64,000 bases of DNA from Planctomycetota bacterium (GCA_965248575.1 CBDFJQ010000002.1:1920001-1984000); one strand, 5' to 3'; shown: positions 47,804 to 57,364, counted from the first letter of the stretch. The notes: generated by a model from the letters alone, not told the origin. Numbers and translations are program-made.

Positions 47804-48738
47804 CGCCCACCTCCTTCGCCCTGCATGCTTCCAGCAGCCGATGCTGATGCCTCGTCGTGGGCGTCGCAGCTCACGGGGTGGGGCCTCCGGTTCGCGTCCT
47901 CGACTTTCAGACTCATGATGAAGTGCGTGATGTCCCAGAGCTCTTCGTCACTGCCATAGACGGAGGGCATGGGGGTGCCGTTCAAGCCGGTGCGCATGCG
48001 CAGGAAGAGATCCTTGGGTGTGCTCCCGGCACGGAAGATGCCGCTCGTGAAATCACGCGGGCGCACGGCCGTGTCCTTCCAGTCGCGCAGGTGGAACGAA
48101 GAGCTTCCATCCCCCACTCCCGTGGCGCCGTGGCAGGCCACGCACTGGGCCTCGTAGAGCACGCGCCCGCGCTCGATGGAGTCCTCGTCGTTCTCCGGCG
48201 GCTGCTCGATGCTCACGGGCCAGCTGTCCTCGTGGGCGTCCAACAGCGCGTCGCCCCGGATCTCTGCGTAGTCCTCAGGATCCAAGCTCGCGAAGGGCTC
48301 ACCCTCCAGCTCGTCGTCCACGTCGCGCTTCACCACGCCGTAGTCCACGAGGTACATGACGAAGTCGGCCACGTCCTTGAGTTCCTGGGACGGCATCAGC
48401 GGGAAGCTGCGCATGGCCGAACCCTGCAGGCCGCAGCGAATGACATGCACGATGTCGTCCTGGCTCGGCAGCTGCCCCGAGGGCGTGCTGCGGAACTTGA
48501 AGTTCCCCGCCTGGAAGTTGCGCGGCCGAGGCTCGAGGAACTCGGCGGACGGACCGTCGCCGAGACCCTGGTCGCCGTGACAGCCGATGCAGTTGCGTTC
48601 GTACACCGCGCGGCCACGCTCGGCGGCCGGGCTGAGCGGCCAGTCGTTCAACGAAAAGCCGCCAGCGGGGGGCTCTTGCGAGGAGGCCAGCAGACCCAAG
48701 GTCGTGAGGGCCGCTGCGAGGCCAATAACCTTCATCAT
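47800..48738 (-). CDS. Exported di-heme cytochrome c
   Basis: Signal peptide, CIGCHG and CVACHG, each followed by PR(N/D)F..G.F and an axial Met (GSAM, GTPMP). ATGA overlap with ccoN. Confidence 0.92.
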   Translation of the reverse strand: MMKVIGLAAALTTLGLLASSQEPPAGGFSLNDWPLSPAAERGRAVYERNCIGCHGDQGLGDGPSAEFLEPRPRNFQAGNFKFRSTPSGQLPSQDDIVHVIRCGLQGSAMRSFPLMPSQELKDVADFVMYLVDYGVVKRDVDDELEGEPFASLDPEDYAEIRGDALLDAHEDSWPVSIEQPPENDEDSIERGRVLYEAQCVACHGATGVGDGSSSFHLRDWKDTAVRPRDFTSGIFRAGSTPKDLFLRMRTGLNGTPMPSVYGSDEELWDITHFIMSLKVEDANRRPHPVSCDAHDEASASAAGSMQGEGGGR

Positions 48739-48837
48739 CGCGTCTCTATTCCAATGCGAGGCTGAGAAAGGGACAGCGACAAACCATCGTGCTGGCAGGA
48801 GTACGTAGCTATACGATCAAGTGCGTACGCAGCGAAA

Positions 48838-48854
48838 TTGGCAGGGAGTGCCAA
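48838..48854. promoter_or_regulatory. Perfect inverted repeat TTGGCA-N5-TGCCAA in the divergent promoter region upstream of the oxidase operon
   Basis: Seen directly. A nearby palindrome TGCGTACGCA lies at 48822-48831. The regulator is unknown. Confidence 0.35.
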
Positions 48855-48946
48855 GAGTTGGGGCGCTTCCGTCTTCTGGCCCCATCTCGATTTCAGTGTC
48901 CGGTTGGGACGCGGAACCCGTTAGAGGCACCTATGGAGCGTCAGCA

Positions 48947-51900
48947 TTGAATCGGAGAATCCTGCTGACGGGGCTCGCGGTTGCGGCTCTGCTCATCACG
49001 GTCCTGATCCTCTGGCTGGGCACGGAAGGCGCCGAGCTGCCGCAGCCTGGGGACCTTCCCTTGGCGACGACGCCCAGCCTAGGGACGACGGAACCCGCCT
49101 CTCAACTCCCTGCCACCAGCCCCTCGGCCATCGCAGGGCTGGCGCCCTCCCTGACCAAGCCTGAGGCAGCCGTTCCCTGGCGCTCAGACTTGGCCGCTCG
49201 CCGAGCAGCCGGCGAGCCACTGCGCGACCTCACCGTCCGCGGCCGGCTCGTGGACGGTGACGGTCGGCCGGTGGCGGGCGCAAACCTGTGGTTCAACCAC
49301 CACCAGGGCACGCGCCTTCGTCTAGAGCAACCCGAGCACTTCTCCCAGTCCCCGGTGCCCTGGTCGTCGCTGCCCAACACCCGTTCGGATTCCGAGGGGC
49401 GCTTTGCCCTCGAGTCCTTTTGCTTCCTGGCGGAGAACGGCCTGCCCACCCCACCGCCCACGTCCCAGAGCCTGACGAACGACTCCTGCCTGATCACCTT
49501 TCATCCGGCCTTCGCCCCCGCCGCGGAGCGCATCGTCTTGAGCGGCCTCGAAGCCGCCGTCACACCAGGAAGCAACAACGCACCGCACTGGGAGGTGGAC
49601 GTCGGTGAGCTCGCGCTCCAGCCAGGGGGCTCCTTGAGCGGGCGGGTGCTGGACGCATCCGGCGCAGCGCTCGGAGGTGCCCGGGTCCATTTCCCCTGGG
49701 GCGGACGGGAGTCCGATCAGCTGACCTCCCTCTGGGCGTTGACCCAATCACTGTTCGCAACCCACACGCAAGCCGATGGGAGCTTTCTGCTGAGCCCCTT
49801 GCCGCCCGGCAGCTACCGCCTCGAAGTCCTGCTCCCGGGCTACGGCCCGGCCTACCCCACTGCGCGTCTGCAACGCGACGACGGCGCGGTGTTTCTCACG
49901 CCGGTCGACGACACGCCACCCGTGCCGGCGATGAGTGCCGATGTCGGTGATGTCGTCCTGCCCAACAGCAGCCTGCTGCGAGGCCACGTTGTCGACGAGT
50001 CGGGTCAGTCCATCCCGGGCGCCCAGCTGAAGGCCCGTGTCAACTTCATCCGATTCCTGAGCGGAGGGGAAGACACGGCGCTGCGGGACATGGGCGCCAA
50101 GATCACCTACCAGAGTGGCCAGAGCGACATCTACCAGCGCGCTGGCCCCGACGGCTCCTTCCGCTTCGACATCCTGACTCCTGACACGCCCTACGACCTC
50201 TTCGCCAGCGCGCCTGGAAAGGACACCGTCGTGCTGCGCGCCCTCAACCCACCGGTGGAGGACCTCCGGCTTGTGCTGCCCCAGGAGGCGCTCTTCGTCC
50301 TGCATCTCGTGGACGACGACACCGGTGAGCCCATCGCCGAGCCCGACGCCGCCATCCGCCGCCAGAGTGTCAGCGTGGAATCCGGCCTGAGCATGAACGA
50401 TCCACTGCTGACGGTGCGTAGTGGTCAGGCAGCACTGGCCGCCCTGAGGCAGCTTCGAACCGGCGTCCCGAACGATGACAAGGACGAGCAGACGACGTCT
50501 GCGACAGGCTTGCTGCTCGTTGGTCCTGCGGGCCCCCTCAAGCAGCACGCGCGCTTCACCTCGCCCCTGCATGCACCGCTCGAGATGGAGTTGCCCGGCC
50601 TCCCGCCCGGCACGCTGCAGGAGCTCGAGGTCCGGCTCCGGCCCGGCAGTTCCCTGTCGGGCACAGCCGTCGATGAGTACGACATGCCCTTGGAAGGCGT
50701 GGAGGTCCGGGTCAGGAACGGCAACCCCCGGGACACCCGGGTGTACGACGTCTTCCGTGCCTACACCGATGTCGACGGGGCCTTCACCGTGCTCGGGCTG
50801 TTCGAGAGCAACTGGCTGCTGGAGGCTTCCAAGCCAGGCCACGAGTCGCCACTCACACTGCCCTTCACCCTGGGCGCCGCCGAAGCCCGACAGCATCAGC
50901 AGCTGCGTCTTCCGAGGGGAGCCCGGGCCGCAGGAGTCCTGCTGACTGCCGACGGGCGCCCCGCCCGCGCACAGATGGTCTGGGCCGTCTCCCCCGCCAC
51001 GCCGGACCGCCCCGCCACGGAGCAGAAAACGCACACCACTGCCGACGGCCGCTTTTCCTTCGACGGCTTGTCGCCGGGTCTCGTGAGCTTCCGTGCGCAC
51101 CCAGGCGGCCGGGCGGAAGTGCAGGTGCTCCCCGAAGGGGTGACCGAGGTCGAGCTCCGACTGCAGCAGCTGGCCGAGATCACGGGCAAGGTGACCGACG
51201 CGCAGGGCTCCCCGGTGTCCGCGAAGCTGGAGTTCTTCTACGACACGGATCGTGGTTGGCCCGACAGCGAGACCCAGAGCAACGAGCAGGGCGTCTACCG
51301 GCTGCGCGACCTGCGCGCGGGCCATGGCAAGCTCGTCGCTCTCCAGGGTAGCGCCCAGACCCCCGCCCAGGACATCACGCTGAACTACGGCGACACGCTG
51401 CAGCAGGACCTGCGCTTCGGCGATGCGCGCATCGAAGGGCGTGTCCTGACGGGTGGCGACAGCCCTGCCCGGGCCTCACCGCTGGCGGGAGTCCGCGTGC
51501 TGGCCGTGCGCATGGACGGGGACATGGACCAGCAGCTGCGCGACGGCACTGGGCTGCGCCGCCTGTCGGGCAGGGGCACCTCTGACAGCGCGGGCCGCTA
51601 CCGCATCGACAAGCTCGTGCCCGGCCTGTACAGCCTCACCACCGTAGGGCGCGACTACCTGCTGGCTGACTCCTCGCCGATCGAGGTCCAGATCAGAGGC
51701 CAGCGAGGCACGAGCGATCTCATCGTCGTGCCTGCCGCGACCCTGACGGGCAGCATCACCACCAACGGCAAGCCCCAGAGCGGCAACCTGCGGCTGCTGC
51801 TCGAACGGGTCGATCAACCGGGCACACGCACCACCACGATCTCGTTCGAAGGCAGCTACAGCGTCAAGGGCCTGGCTGAAGGCAGCTACCGCTACCGCGT

Positions 51901-52024
51901 CACGCGCCCGCTCTCATCCATCCCGGCCGTGGACCAGTACCACGTGTTCGCTATCGGCTCCGTCACCCTGAGCAGCGGTGAGAGCACACAGCACGACATC
52001 GTGCTCATGCCTTCGCAGGGCTAG
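48947..52024 (+). CDS. Membrane-anchored carboxypeptidase-regulatory-like (prealbumin-fold) repeat protein
   Basis: N-terminal TM, Pro/Ser/Thr linker, and about 9 repeats starting GxVxDxxGxPxxGA with TDxxGxF motifs. The start (TTG 48947) is uncertain. Confidence 0.85.
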   Translation: MNRRILLTGLAVAALLITVLILWLGTEGAELPQPGDLPLATTPSLGTTEPASQLPATSPSAIAGLAPSLTKPEAAVPWRSDLAARRAAGEPLRDLTVRGRLVDGDGRPVAGANLWFNHHQGTRLRLEQPEHFSQSPVPWSSLPNTRSDSEGRFALESFCFLAENGLPTPPPTSQSLTNDSCLITFHPAFAPAAERIVLSGLEAAVTPGSNNAPHWEVDVGELALQPGGSLSGRVLDASGAALGGARVHFPWGGRESDQLTSLWALTQSLFATHTQADGSFLLSPLPPGSYRLEVLLPGYGPAYPTARLQRDDGAVFLTPVDDTPPVPAMSADVGDVVLPNSSLLRGHVVDESGQSIPGAQLKARVNFIRFLSGGEDTALRDMGAKITYQSGQSDIYQRAGPDGSFRFDILTPDTPYDLFASAPGKDTVVLRALNPPVEDLRLVLPQEALFVLHLVDDDTGEPIAEPDAAIRRQSVSVESGLSMNDPLLTVRSGQAALAALRQLRTGVPNDDKDEQTTSATGLLLVGPAGPLKQHARFTSPLHAPLEMELPGLPPGTLQELEVRLRPGSSLSGTAVDEYDMPLEGVEVRVRNGNPRDTRVYDVFRAYTDVDGAFTVLGLFESNWLLEASKPGHESPLTLPFTLGAAEARQHQQLRLPRGARAAGVLLTADGRPARAQMVWAVSPATPDRPATEQKTHTTADGRFSFDGLSPGLVSFRAHPGGRAEVQVLPEGVTEVELRLQQLAEITGKVTDAQGSPVSAKLEFFYDTDRGWPDSETQSNEQGVYRLRDLRAGHGKLVALQGSAQTPAQDITLNYGDTLQQDLRFGDARIEGRVLTGGDSPARASPLAGVRVLAVRMDGDMDQQLRDGTGLRRLSGRGTSDSAGRYRIDKLVPGLYSLTTVGRDYLLADSSPIEVQIRGQRGTSDLIVVPAATLTGSITTNGKPQSGNLRLLLERVDQPGTRTTTISFEGSYSVKGLAEGSYRYRVTRPLSSIPAVDQYHVFAIGSVTLSSGESTQHDIVLMPSQG

Positions 52025-53595
52025 CTGTCGCTCTCGGGCGCCTCGGGCAGGGCCGGCCGAGGCAACATCTCGTCGCGCATGGCTGCGTGCAGCGCGAAGC
52101 TCGCGATGATGGTGGCCGCCTGGCGCACATCCCCCTCGTGCACCCGTTCGTAGAGGTCCATGTTGGTGTGGTGGGTCCGGCTGCTGTAGTCCATGGGGTC
52201 CTGGATGAACTGGAAGCCCGGCAGCCCAAGGGCCTGGAAGGAGAGGTGGTCGGTGCCCCCGGTGCCGCGCATGCTCAGGGTGCCGGCACCGAGGTCGCTG
52301 AACGGCTTGAACCAGGCCTCGAAGATGGGACCCACGGCGGCGTTGCCTTCCATGTACATGCCGCGCAACTTCCCGGCGCCATTGTCCATGTTGAAGTAGG
52401 CCGCCAGGGTCTCGTGCTCCGGCAGCAGTTCCATGCTGGCGACATCACCGAAGTGGTTCAGGGCATAGCCCTTCGAGCCCTTGAGGCCCTGTTCTTCACC
52501 GGTCCAAAGTGCGATGCGAATCGTCCGGCGCGGCTTCACTTCGAGCGCTGTGAGAATGCGCATGGCTTCCATCATGACGGCGCAGCTGGCGCCGTTGTCC
52601 GTCGCACCCGTGCCCGGGTGCCAGCTATCGAAGTGCCCGCCGATGATGACCACCTCGTGGGCGAGATCGCTGCCCGGCAGCTCCGCAACAACGTTCCGCC
52701 CTTGCAAGTCCTCGTCATGGAAGCTCGTACGCACATCGACGTTCATGGAGACGGGCACATCGCCCTGGATCAGCCGCACCAACCGATTGTACTGCTCGCC
52801 CGACACGATGATCTGCGGCAGCGCCCGCTCCTCGGCCGGATCGTAGGACCCACCGCTGCCCAACATGATCACGCCGTAGTCGTTGCGGCGCCCAGCGTCC
52901 GCTTGGATGAGCACGGCGACCCCTTCATCTTTGAAGAAGGCGTTCTTGGCATCCGACAGGGCCCGCGCGGCGCGGCGCTCCTTGCGACGCGCGGCATTCG
53001 AGTTGGGGGCACCCGGCTCAGGAGCCAACTCGAGTTCGGCCAGGCTCTCCGCATCGTGCCGCTTGGCCAGCGCTTCGAAGGGCGATTCGGGTGTGGCCAG
53101 CCCGCCGTTCAACACGATGCGCCCAGCGAGTTGCCCGCGCAGCTCTTCCAAGGCCTCGATGCTGTCCACATCCACCAGGACAGGCTCTGCGATGACGGCT
53201 TGCTCCAGGCCCAGCGTCCAGGCCTTGGGAATGGCAATCAGCGGCATATAGGCCGGCTCGAGCATCTCCACGACGCACTTCTCGAAACTCCAACCCAGGC
53301 CGAACTCACCCCACGGCTCGAGCTCGGCGTTCTCCAGCCCGTACCCGGTCAAGCGGTCTCGCGCCCATTCGGCGGCAGCGCGCTGCTGAGGCGAGTTGGT
53401 CAAGCGTGGCCCCAGGCGATCCGTGAGATGCCAGAGCGTGTTCATCACCTGCGAGCGGTCGCCCAGGCCCTCGGCACGGACGCGCGTGACCATGTCGAGG
53501 TCGACCGGCTCAACCTGCGCAACAGCAGGGGCAGCGCCACCCAGCGACAACAGACACAAGACAACGGAGAGCAACGGCGTAGCGGACACACTCAT
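52021..53595 (-). CDS. M28 family peptidase (carboxypeptidase Q-like), secreted
   Basis: IGGHFDSW, GATDNG, WTGEEQGL, NMD, GTDH, HHT, plus a signal peptide. Confidence 0.93.
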   Translation of the reverse strand: MSVSATPLLSVVLCLLSLGGAAPAVAQVEPVDLDMVTRVRAEGLGDRSQVMNTLWHLTDRLGPRLTNSPQQRAAAEWARDRLTGYGLENAELEPWGEFGLGWSFEKCVVEMLEPAYMPLIAIPKAWTLGLEQAVIAEPVLVDVDSIEALEELRGQLAGRIVLNGGLATPESPFEALAKRHDAESLAELELAPEPGAPNSNAARRKERRAARALSDAKNAFFKDEGVAVLIQADAGRRNDYGVIMLGSGGSYDPAEERALPQIIVSGEQYNRLVRLIQGDVPVSMNVDVRTSFHDEDLQGRNVVAELPGSDLAHEVVIIGGHFDSWHPGTGATDNGASCAVMMEAMRILTALEVKPRRTIRIALWTGEEQGLKGSKGYALNHFGDVASMELLPEHETLAAYFNMDNGAGKLRGMYMEGNAAVGPIFEAWFKPFSDLGAGTLSMRGTGGTDHLSFQALGLPGFQFIQDPMDYSSRTHHTNMDLYERVHEGDVRQAATIIASFALHAAMRDEMLPRPALPEAPESDS

Positions 53596-53673
53596 GAACG
53601 GAACTCCAGGGCACGGTTGAGGCACGGGGAGGACAGACTCTAACAGTCGTGTCCCTGGCCGCCCCCTTGAGGC

Positions 53674-53844
53674 CTACCCGCCCTTGAGCTTGGCCAGCTC
53701 CGCCTCGATGGCGGCGATCTGCTGCTCCAGCTTCGGAATGTCGTCCGGGTTGTCGGGGAATTTGTGCACGACCGACAGCTGGGTGCGCAAATTTGAGCGC
53801 TTCTTCTGCAACACCTCGATGCGTTTCTTGCTTCTCTTGTCCAT
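53674..53844 (-). CDS. Small coiled-coil protein (56 aa), missed by the ORF track
   Basis: MDKRSKKRIEVLQKKRSNLRTQLSVVHKFPDNPDDIPKLEQQIAAIEAELAKLKGG*: a helical hairpin pattern with GC3-rich codons. Confidence 0.75.
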   Translation of the reverse strand: MDKRSKKRIEVLQKKRSNLRTQLSVVHKFPDNPDDIPKLEQQIAAIEAELAKLKGG

Positions 53845-53900
53845 GGCTCAGCTTGGGATCAACAGTCGGCCCCCGTGATGGGGTCCTGGTGCGCTTGATC

Positions 53901-54770
53901 CTACTCCACACGTTCGAGCAGCCGAGGGCCCACTCGCCAATACTGCCCCGGCCGCGCAGGTTTGTCCGGGACCACCGTCACCGTCTGGCGATTCACCCGA
54001 CGCACCGTGCCCGTCACGCGGCGGCCCTTGGCCACGAAGCTCACGCTGTCCCCCGGCTTGAGGTCCGTCTGCTGACGTGGGAGGCGCGGCCGCCTAGGAG
54101 CTGTTGCACCACCCTTTGCGCTCAGCGCCGCAAGCTCCGCGGCGAAGCGAGCGTTCGCCGACGGCTTGGGGGATGACACAGCTTGCTGGCCCTGGGCTGG
54201 GTGCAGGCTTGTTGGCGTCATCGCAGCGGCGCTCGCCTGTGCTTGCCCTTGTGAATGGCCCTGTGCATGCCAATCAAGGTCCACGCCCGCCTCGTCGGCT
54301 GTAGCACACAAGCCTTTGAGCACCTGCTCGGCCATGCCATTGGCATGCATCTCATCGAGCACTTTGTAGAAGGCTGCGTTGTGCACGGAGCCTCGCCGGC
54401 GCCCCCCCGTGACGGTCTGGATCAGATGGGCGAATTCGTGGCACACCGCGTGGGCCAACAAGGTGCCGAGCTCGATGCGCCCCTGGAAATAGTTCCGCAG
54501 GGCGAGCTCCCTCCCGGACGTCCAGCGCACGGCGGTCTCCCAGCCCTGGGACTTCTGCTGGATCATCTTCCAGCCGAACACGATCAGGTGCCCACCCTGG
54601 CGACTGGCCCGGTGGTAGGTGGCCCGCCCGCTGCCAACGCGGGTGGCCAGCTCGATGCCGGGGGCGCGCTCCAGCACCCAGCCTTCGTAGTGGGGCCAGA
54701 GCACCGTCGACAGCAATTCGCCCAGGCGGGCAGCGAGAAGGCGGCAGTGAGCTTCGGAGAGCTGGCGCAT
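53901..54770 (-). CDS. SprT-like zinc metalloprotease domain + C-terminal SH3/KOW-like domain
   Basis: CHEFAHL...VHNAAFY and C-terminal LKPGDSVSF...GTVRRVNRQTVTV...WRV. Start at ATG 54770. Confidence 0.7.
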   Translation of the reverse strand: MRQLSEAHCRLLAARLGELLSTVLWPHYEGWVLERAPGIELATRVGSGRATYHRASRQGGHLIVFGWKMIQQKSQGWETAVRWTSGRELALRNYFQGRIELGTLLAHAVCHEFAHLIQTVTGGRRRGSVHNAAFYKVLDEMHANGMAEQVLKGLCATADEAGVDLDWHAQGHSQGQAQASAAAMTPTSLHPAQGQQAVSSPKPSANARFAAELAALSAKGGATAPRRPRLPRQQTDLKPGDSVSFVAKGRRVTGTVRRVNRQTVTVVPDKPARPGQYWRVGPRLLERVE

Positions 54771-54874
54771 GAGCGCGCCATCCTCTGGGCTGCCAGACAA
54801 GAGGTCAAGCCATGAACACCTCAGAGATGCTGAGCGCTTCGCATGACGGGCACCTCGCACGACGGGCCCCTCGC

Positions 54875-55495
54875 CTAACGGGCACCACGCTTCCAACGGG
54901 CCCAGGCCTTGTAGCTCTTGGGCAGGTCCAGGCTCTTGAGCTGTTCCCAGGCGGCGAGGATCTCGTCCCGGCTGGCCGTCTCCTGCGCGGCGTAGTAGTC
55001 GCTCGTGAAGTTGATGTAGCGGCCGTGGGGAATCTGTTCAAACGGGCCCTTCAGCTGACACAGGCGCACGTACTCGTGCACCAGATCACCGTAGGTTGTG
55101 GGCACTCCCGTCGTGAGCTGCTCCTCCCGCCAGCGGTTGAGGCGGTAGCGCGCACCAGACTTGGGTTTGAAGTGCGCATCCAGCTTCAAGGCCTCCTGCT
55201 CAAGGAACCCCTTCGTCTCCCGGTCGTTTGTGTAGCGCACGATGGGCAGACCCAGACTCAGGCCGCGCTCAACGTCCTTCGCTCCATGCTGTGACAGAGC
55301 ACGCGCTGTCGGGACTTCTGCGCGCCCGGTCTTGAGGAATACACGCAAGGCCAGCTCGAGTTCGTCCTTGCGCAGCTTGCTGGCACCCGGGATGCCCAGC
55401 TGCTTCGCGAAGGCCTTGAGGTCCACGGCATACCAGTAGCCGTGATCGAACTCCCTGAGGCTCATGTCGAGAGCCAGCCGACCTCTCTCCGTCAC
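54875..55495 (-). CDS. SAP-like/DUF6434-type hypothetical protein
   Basis: FDHGYWYAVDLKAFAKQLGI...KDELE, TYGDLV, YINF. Confidence 0.7.
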   Translation of the reverse strand: MTERGRLALDMSLREFDHGYWYAVDLKAFAKQLGIPGASKLRKDELELALRVFLKTGRAEVPTARALSQHGAKDVERGLSLGLPIVRYTNDRETKGFLEQEALKLDAHFKPKSGARYRLNRWREEQLTTGVPTTYGDLVHEYVRLCQLKGPFEQIPHGRYINFTSDYYAAQETASRDEILAAWEQLKSLDLPKSYKAWARWKRGAR

Positions 55496-55524
55496 GGAAC
55501 TTTCATCCGGCGTTCACCGGCGGC

Positions 55525-55947
55525 TCATGGAACGGACACCGGAGCAGCTGCGAGAATCACACCCACCTGAAACATGACCAGCAGGATGAGCGCCATGCCG
55601 ACCGTCGTCAGATGAGCCCGGCGCAGGTCGCGAGGGCTTGAGATGGCCTGGCCACCTTCCACCAGGAGCGCCAGGAACAAGAGCCCATTGACGAGCGAGA
55701 CGGCGCTGAACTCCGCGAAGCTCACCAGGTAGAGCACGGCGTCGGGCTCGACAGGAAACTTCATCACGGCGACCCGGAATACGCCGAGCAGTGCACAGAC
55801 GCCCACCCAGGGGATCGTCAGGGCGACGGAGGGTCTGACGATGAAGGACGACCAACCTGCCCACGCCGTTGCGCTGCCCGGGGCTGTGGTGGGCGCCCTG
55901 TCTGGACGTCCGCCCGAAACGGGTGTCGCATGATCCGATGCCGTCAT
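55525..55947 (-). CDS. Hypothetical membrane protein
   Basis: Three hydrophobic segments; co-oriented with its neighbours. Confidence 0.5.
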   Translation of the reverse strand: MTASDHATPVSGGRPDRAPTTAPGSATAWAGWSSFIVRPSVALTIPWVGVCALLGVFRVAVMKFPVEPDAVLYLVSFAEFSAVSLVNGLLFLALLVEGGQAISSPRDLRRAHLTTVGMALILLVMFQVGVILAAAPVSVP

Positions 55948-56092
55948 GGCTGGCCCTCCGACGTTTGCGGTGCTGGATCCAAGCGCGTCTCCGGCACAAC
56001 TCTCGCGCTCCTCTCGAAAGCCTCAACCAGTCTAGAATACCTCAGGCCTCGCGTAACATCCGTGCGACTCGGATCGTGGCACGGGCCGCAGC

Positions 56093-56560
56093 TCAGAGTT
56101 CCTTGCGAAAGCAGCGCACCAAGCCCATATCCTGGAAACCCAAGGCTCCATGGGCATGCAGGCTCACGGTGTTGTCGGGGTCCGCATCGGAAGCGAACTC
56201 GCTGCACCCCTGGGCTCGCCCCCAGGCCTCGGCCGCTTCGATCAACGCCCGACCGACACCTCGACCACGCTGTCCCTCCTGCACGAACCAGCCCTCCAGA
56301 TAGGCCACGCGCGGGCTCGTACAGCCCTCCGCATAGGGGCGCACGGAAACCTCCGCGAAACCGATGATTTCCTGAGCGGGTCCTTCTGCCAGGATGGACT
56401 CTTGTTCCGCAAAGCGAGAGTCACCACCCAACATCTCATCGATCTCGGCCCGGTGTGCAGCCACGGAGTCCTCCGGCCAGAGCGCCTGGCGCATGAGCAT
56501 CCACTCTGCGATGTCCTCTCGTTGCACTGCTCGAACGCGGGTCATGGTCTCAGTATCCAA
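56093..56560 (-). CDS. aac(6')-I: Aminoglycoside 6'-N-acetyltransferase type I-like GNAT
   Basis: W..MRQALWP, GFAEVSVRPYAEGC, AYLEGWFV, RGRGVG, EFASDA...N..S...H.ALGF. Confidence 0.82.
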   Translation of the reverse strand: MDTETMTRVRAVQREDIAEWMLMRQALWPEDSVAAHRAEIDEMLGGDSRFAEQESILAEGPAQEIIGFAEVSVRPYAEGCTSPRVAYLEGWFVQEGQRGRGVGRALIEAAEAWGRAQGCSEFASDADPDNTVSLHAHGALGFQDMGLVRCFRKEL

Positions 56561-56569
56561 CGGAACAGG

Positions 56570-57364
56570 TCAGCGCTGGTCTAAATCATGAGCGCGAGCC
56601 AGGAAGCAGCGCACCGAAGCCCCGGACACGTGGTCGGGGCTCGCGAGGCAGCTGAGGAAGTCGCTCCGCAGCGCTTCGAAGTCGGCTCCACAGAAGCTCC
56701 GTAGCAAGGACATGCGCTCGAAACGCTGGCGCCAGGCTTCGAGGACTTCGGGTTTCGCCGAGCCCGAGAAGCAGAACTCCTCATCGCGCATCAACACGTC
56801 ACGCTGCAGCGTGAAGCCTGCTTGTTCCAGACTCGCCGACAGCTTGCGTCCCATACGGAAGTCGTAGCGCCCGGCGAGCAGGGACTCTTCGACGTAGGCG
56901 TCCAGCAGCTGCTTGCTCGCCGGCTTCAGCGGCCGGTGAGCGAAGAGATCGTCCACCTCGATCAATGCCAACCAACCACCTGGCTTGAGCAGCCGGGCCC
57001 AGCTGCGCAGCACCGTCGGCAGGTCGAGGAAGTAGGCGGCAACCATGCTGCACCAGAGGCCATCTGCGAGAACGGCCTGGTCGGGGAACAGGTGATTCTC
57101 CGAGGCATGCTCGGCCAGGGTGCGCAAATCGAGCAAACGGAAGTCGGCACCCGGCAGACCCTTGGACGCGGCCGTCCGTATCAGATCCTCGTTCATGTCG
57201 ACGCCCACCACCCGCGCACCGCGGGCCACCAGCTGCCGCGACAGATCCCCCACTCCGCAGCCAAGGTCGAGAACGGTCTGACCCTGCAGCTCGGGCAACA
57301 GAGCCAGAGCCGTGTCCCAATCCCGCCACGCGAACTGCCGCTCGTACTCTTTGCTGAAGTTCAT
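56570..57364 (-). CDS. Class I SAM-dependent methyltransferase
   Basis: VLDLGCGVG, GVD, LLKPGGWL. Confidence 0.9.
   Translation of the reverse strand: MNFSKEYERQFAWRDWDTALALLPELQGQTVLDLGCGVGDLSRQLVARGARVVGVDMNEDLIRTAASKGLPGADFRLLDLRTLAEHASENHLFPDQAVLADGLWCSMVAAYFLDLPTVLRSWARLLKPGGWLALIEVDDLFAHRPLKPASKQLLDAYVEESLLAGRYDFRMGRKLSASLEQAGFTLQRDVLMRDEEFCFSGSAKPEVLEAWRQRFERMSLLRSFCGADFEALRSDFLSCLASPDHVSGASVRCFLARAHDLDQR

Noticed and set aside
48807..48820. FNR/Anr box upstream of the oxidase operon
   Set aside because: Only one half-site (ATCAA) matches; the other half reads AGCTA instead of TTGAT.
48836..48854. Sigma-54 promoter (TGGCAC on the minus strand)
   Set aside because: The GG-to-GC spacing is 8 nt, not the required 10 nt.
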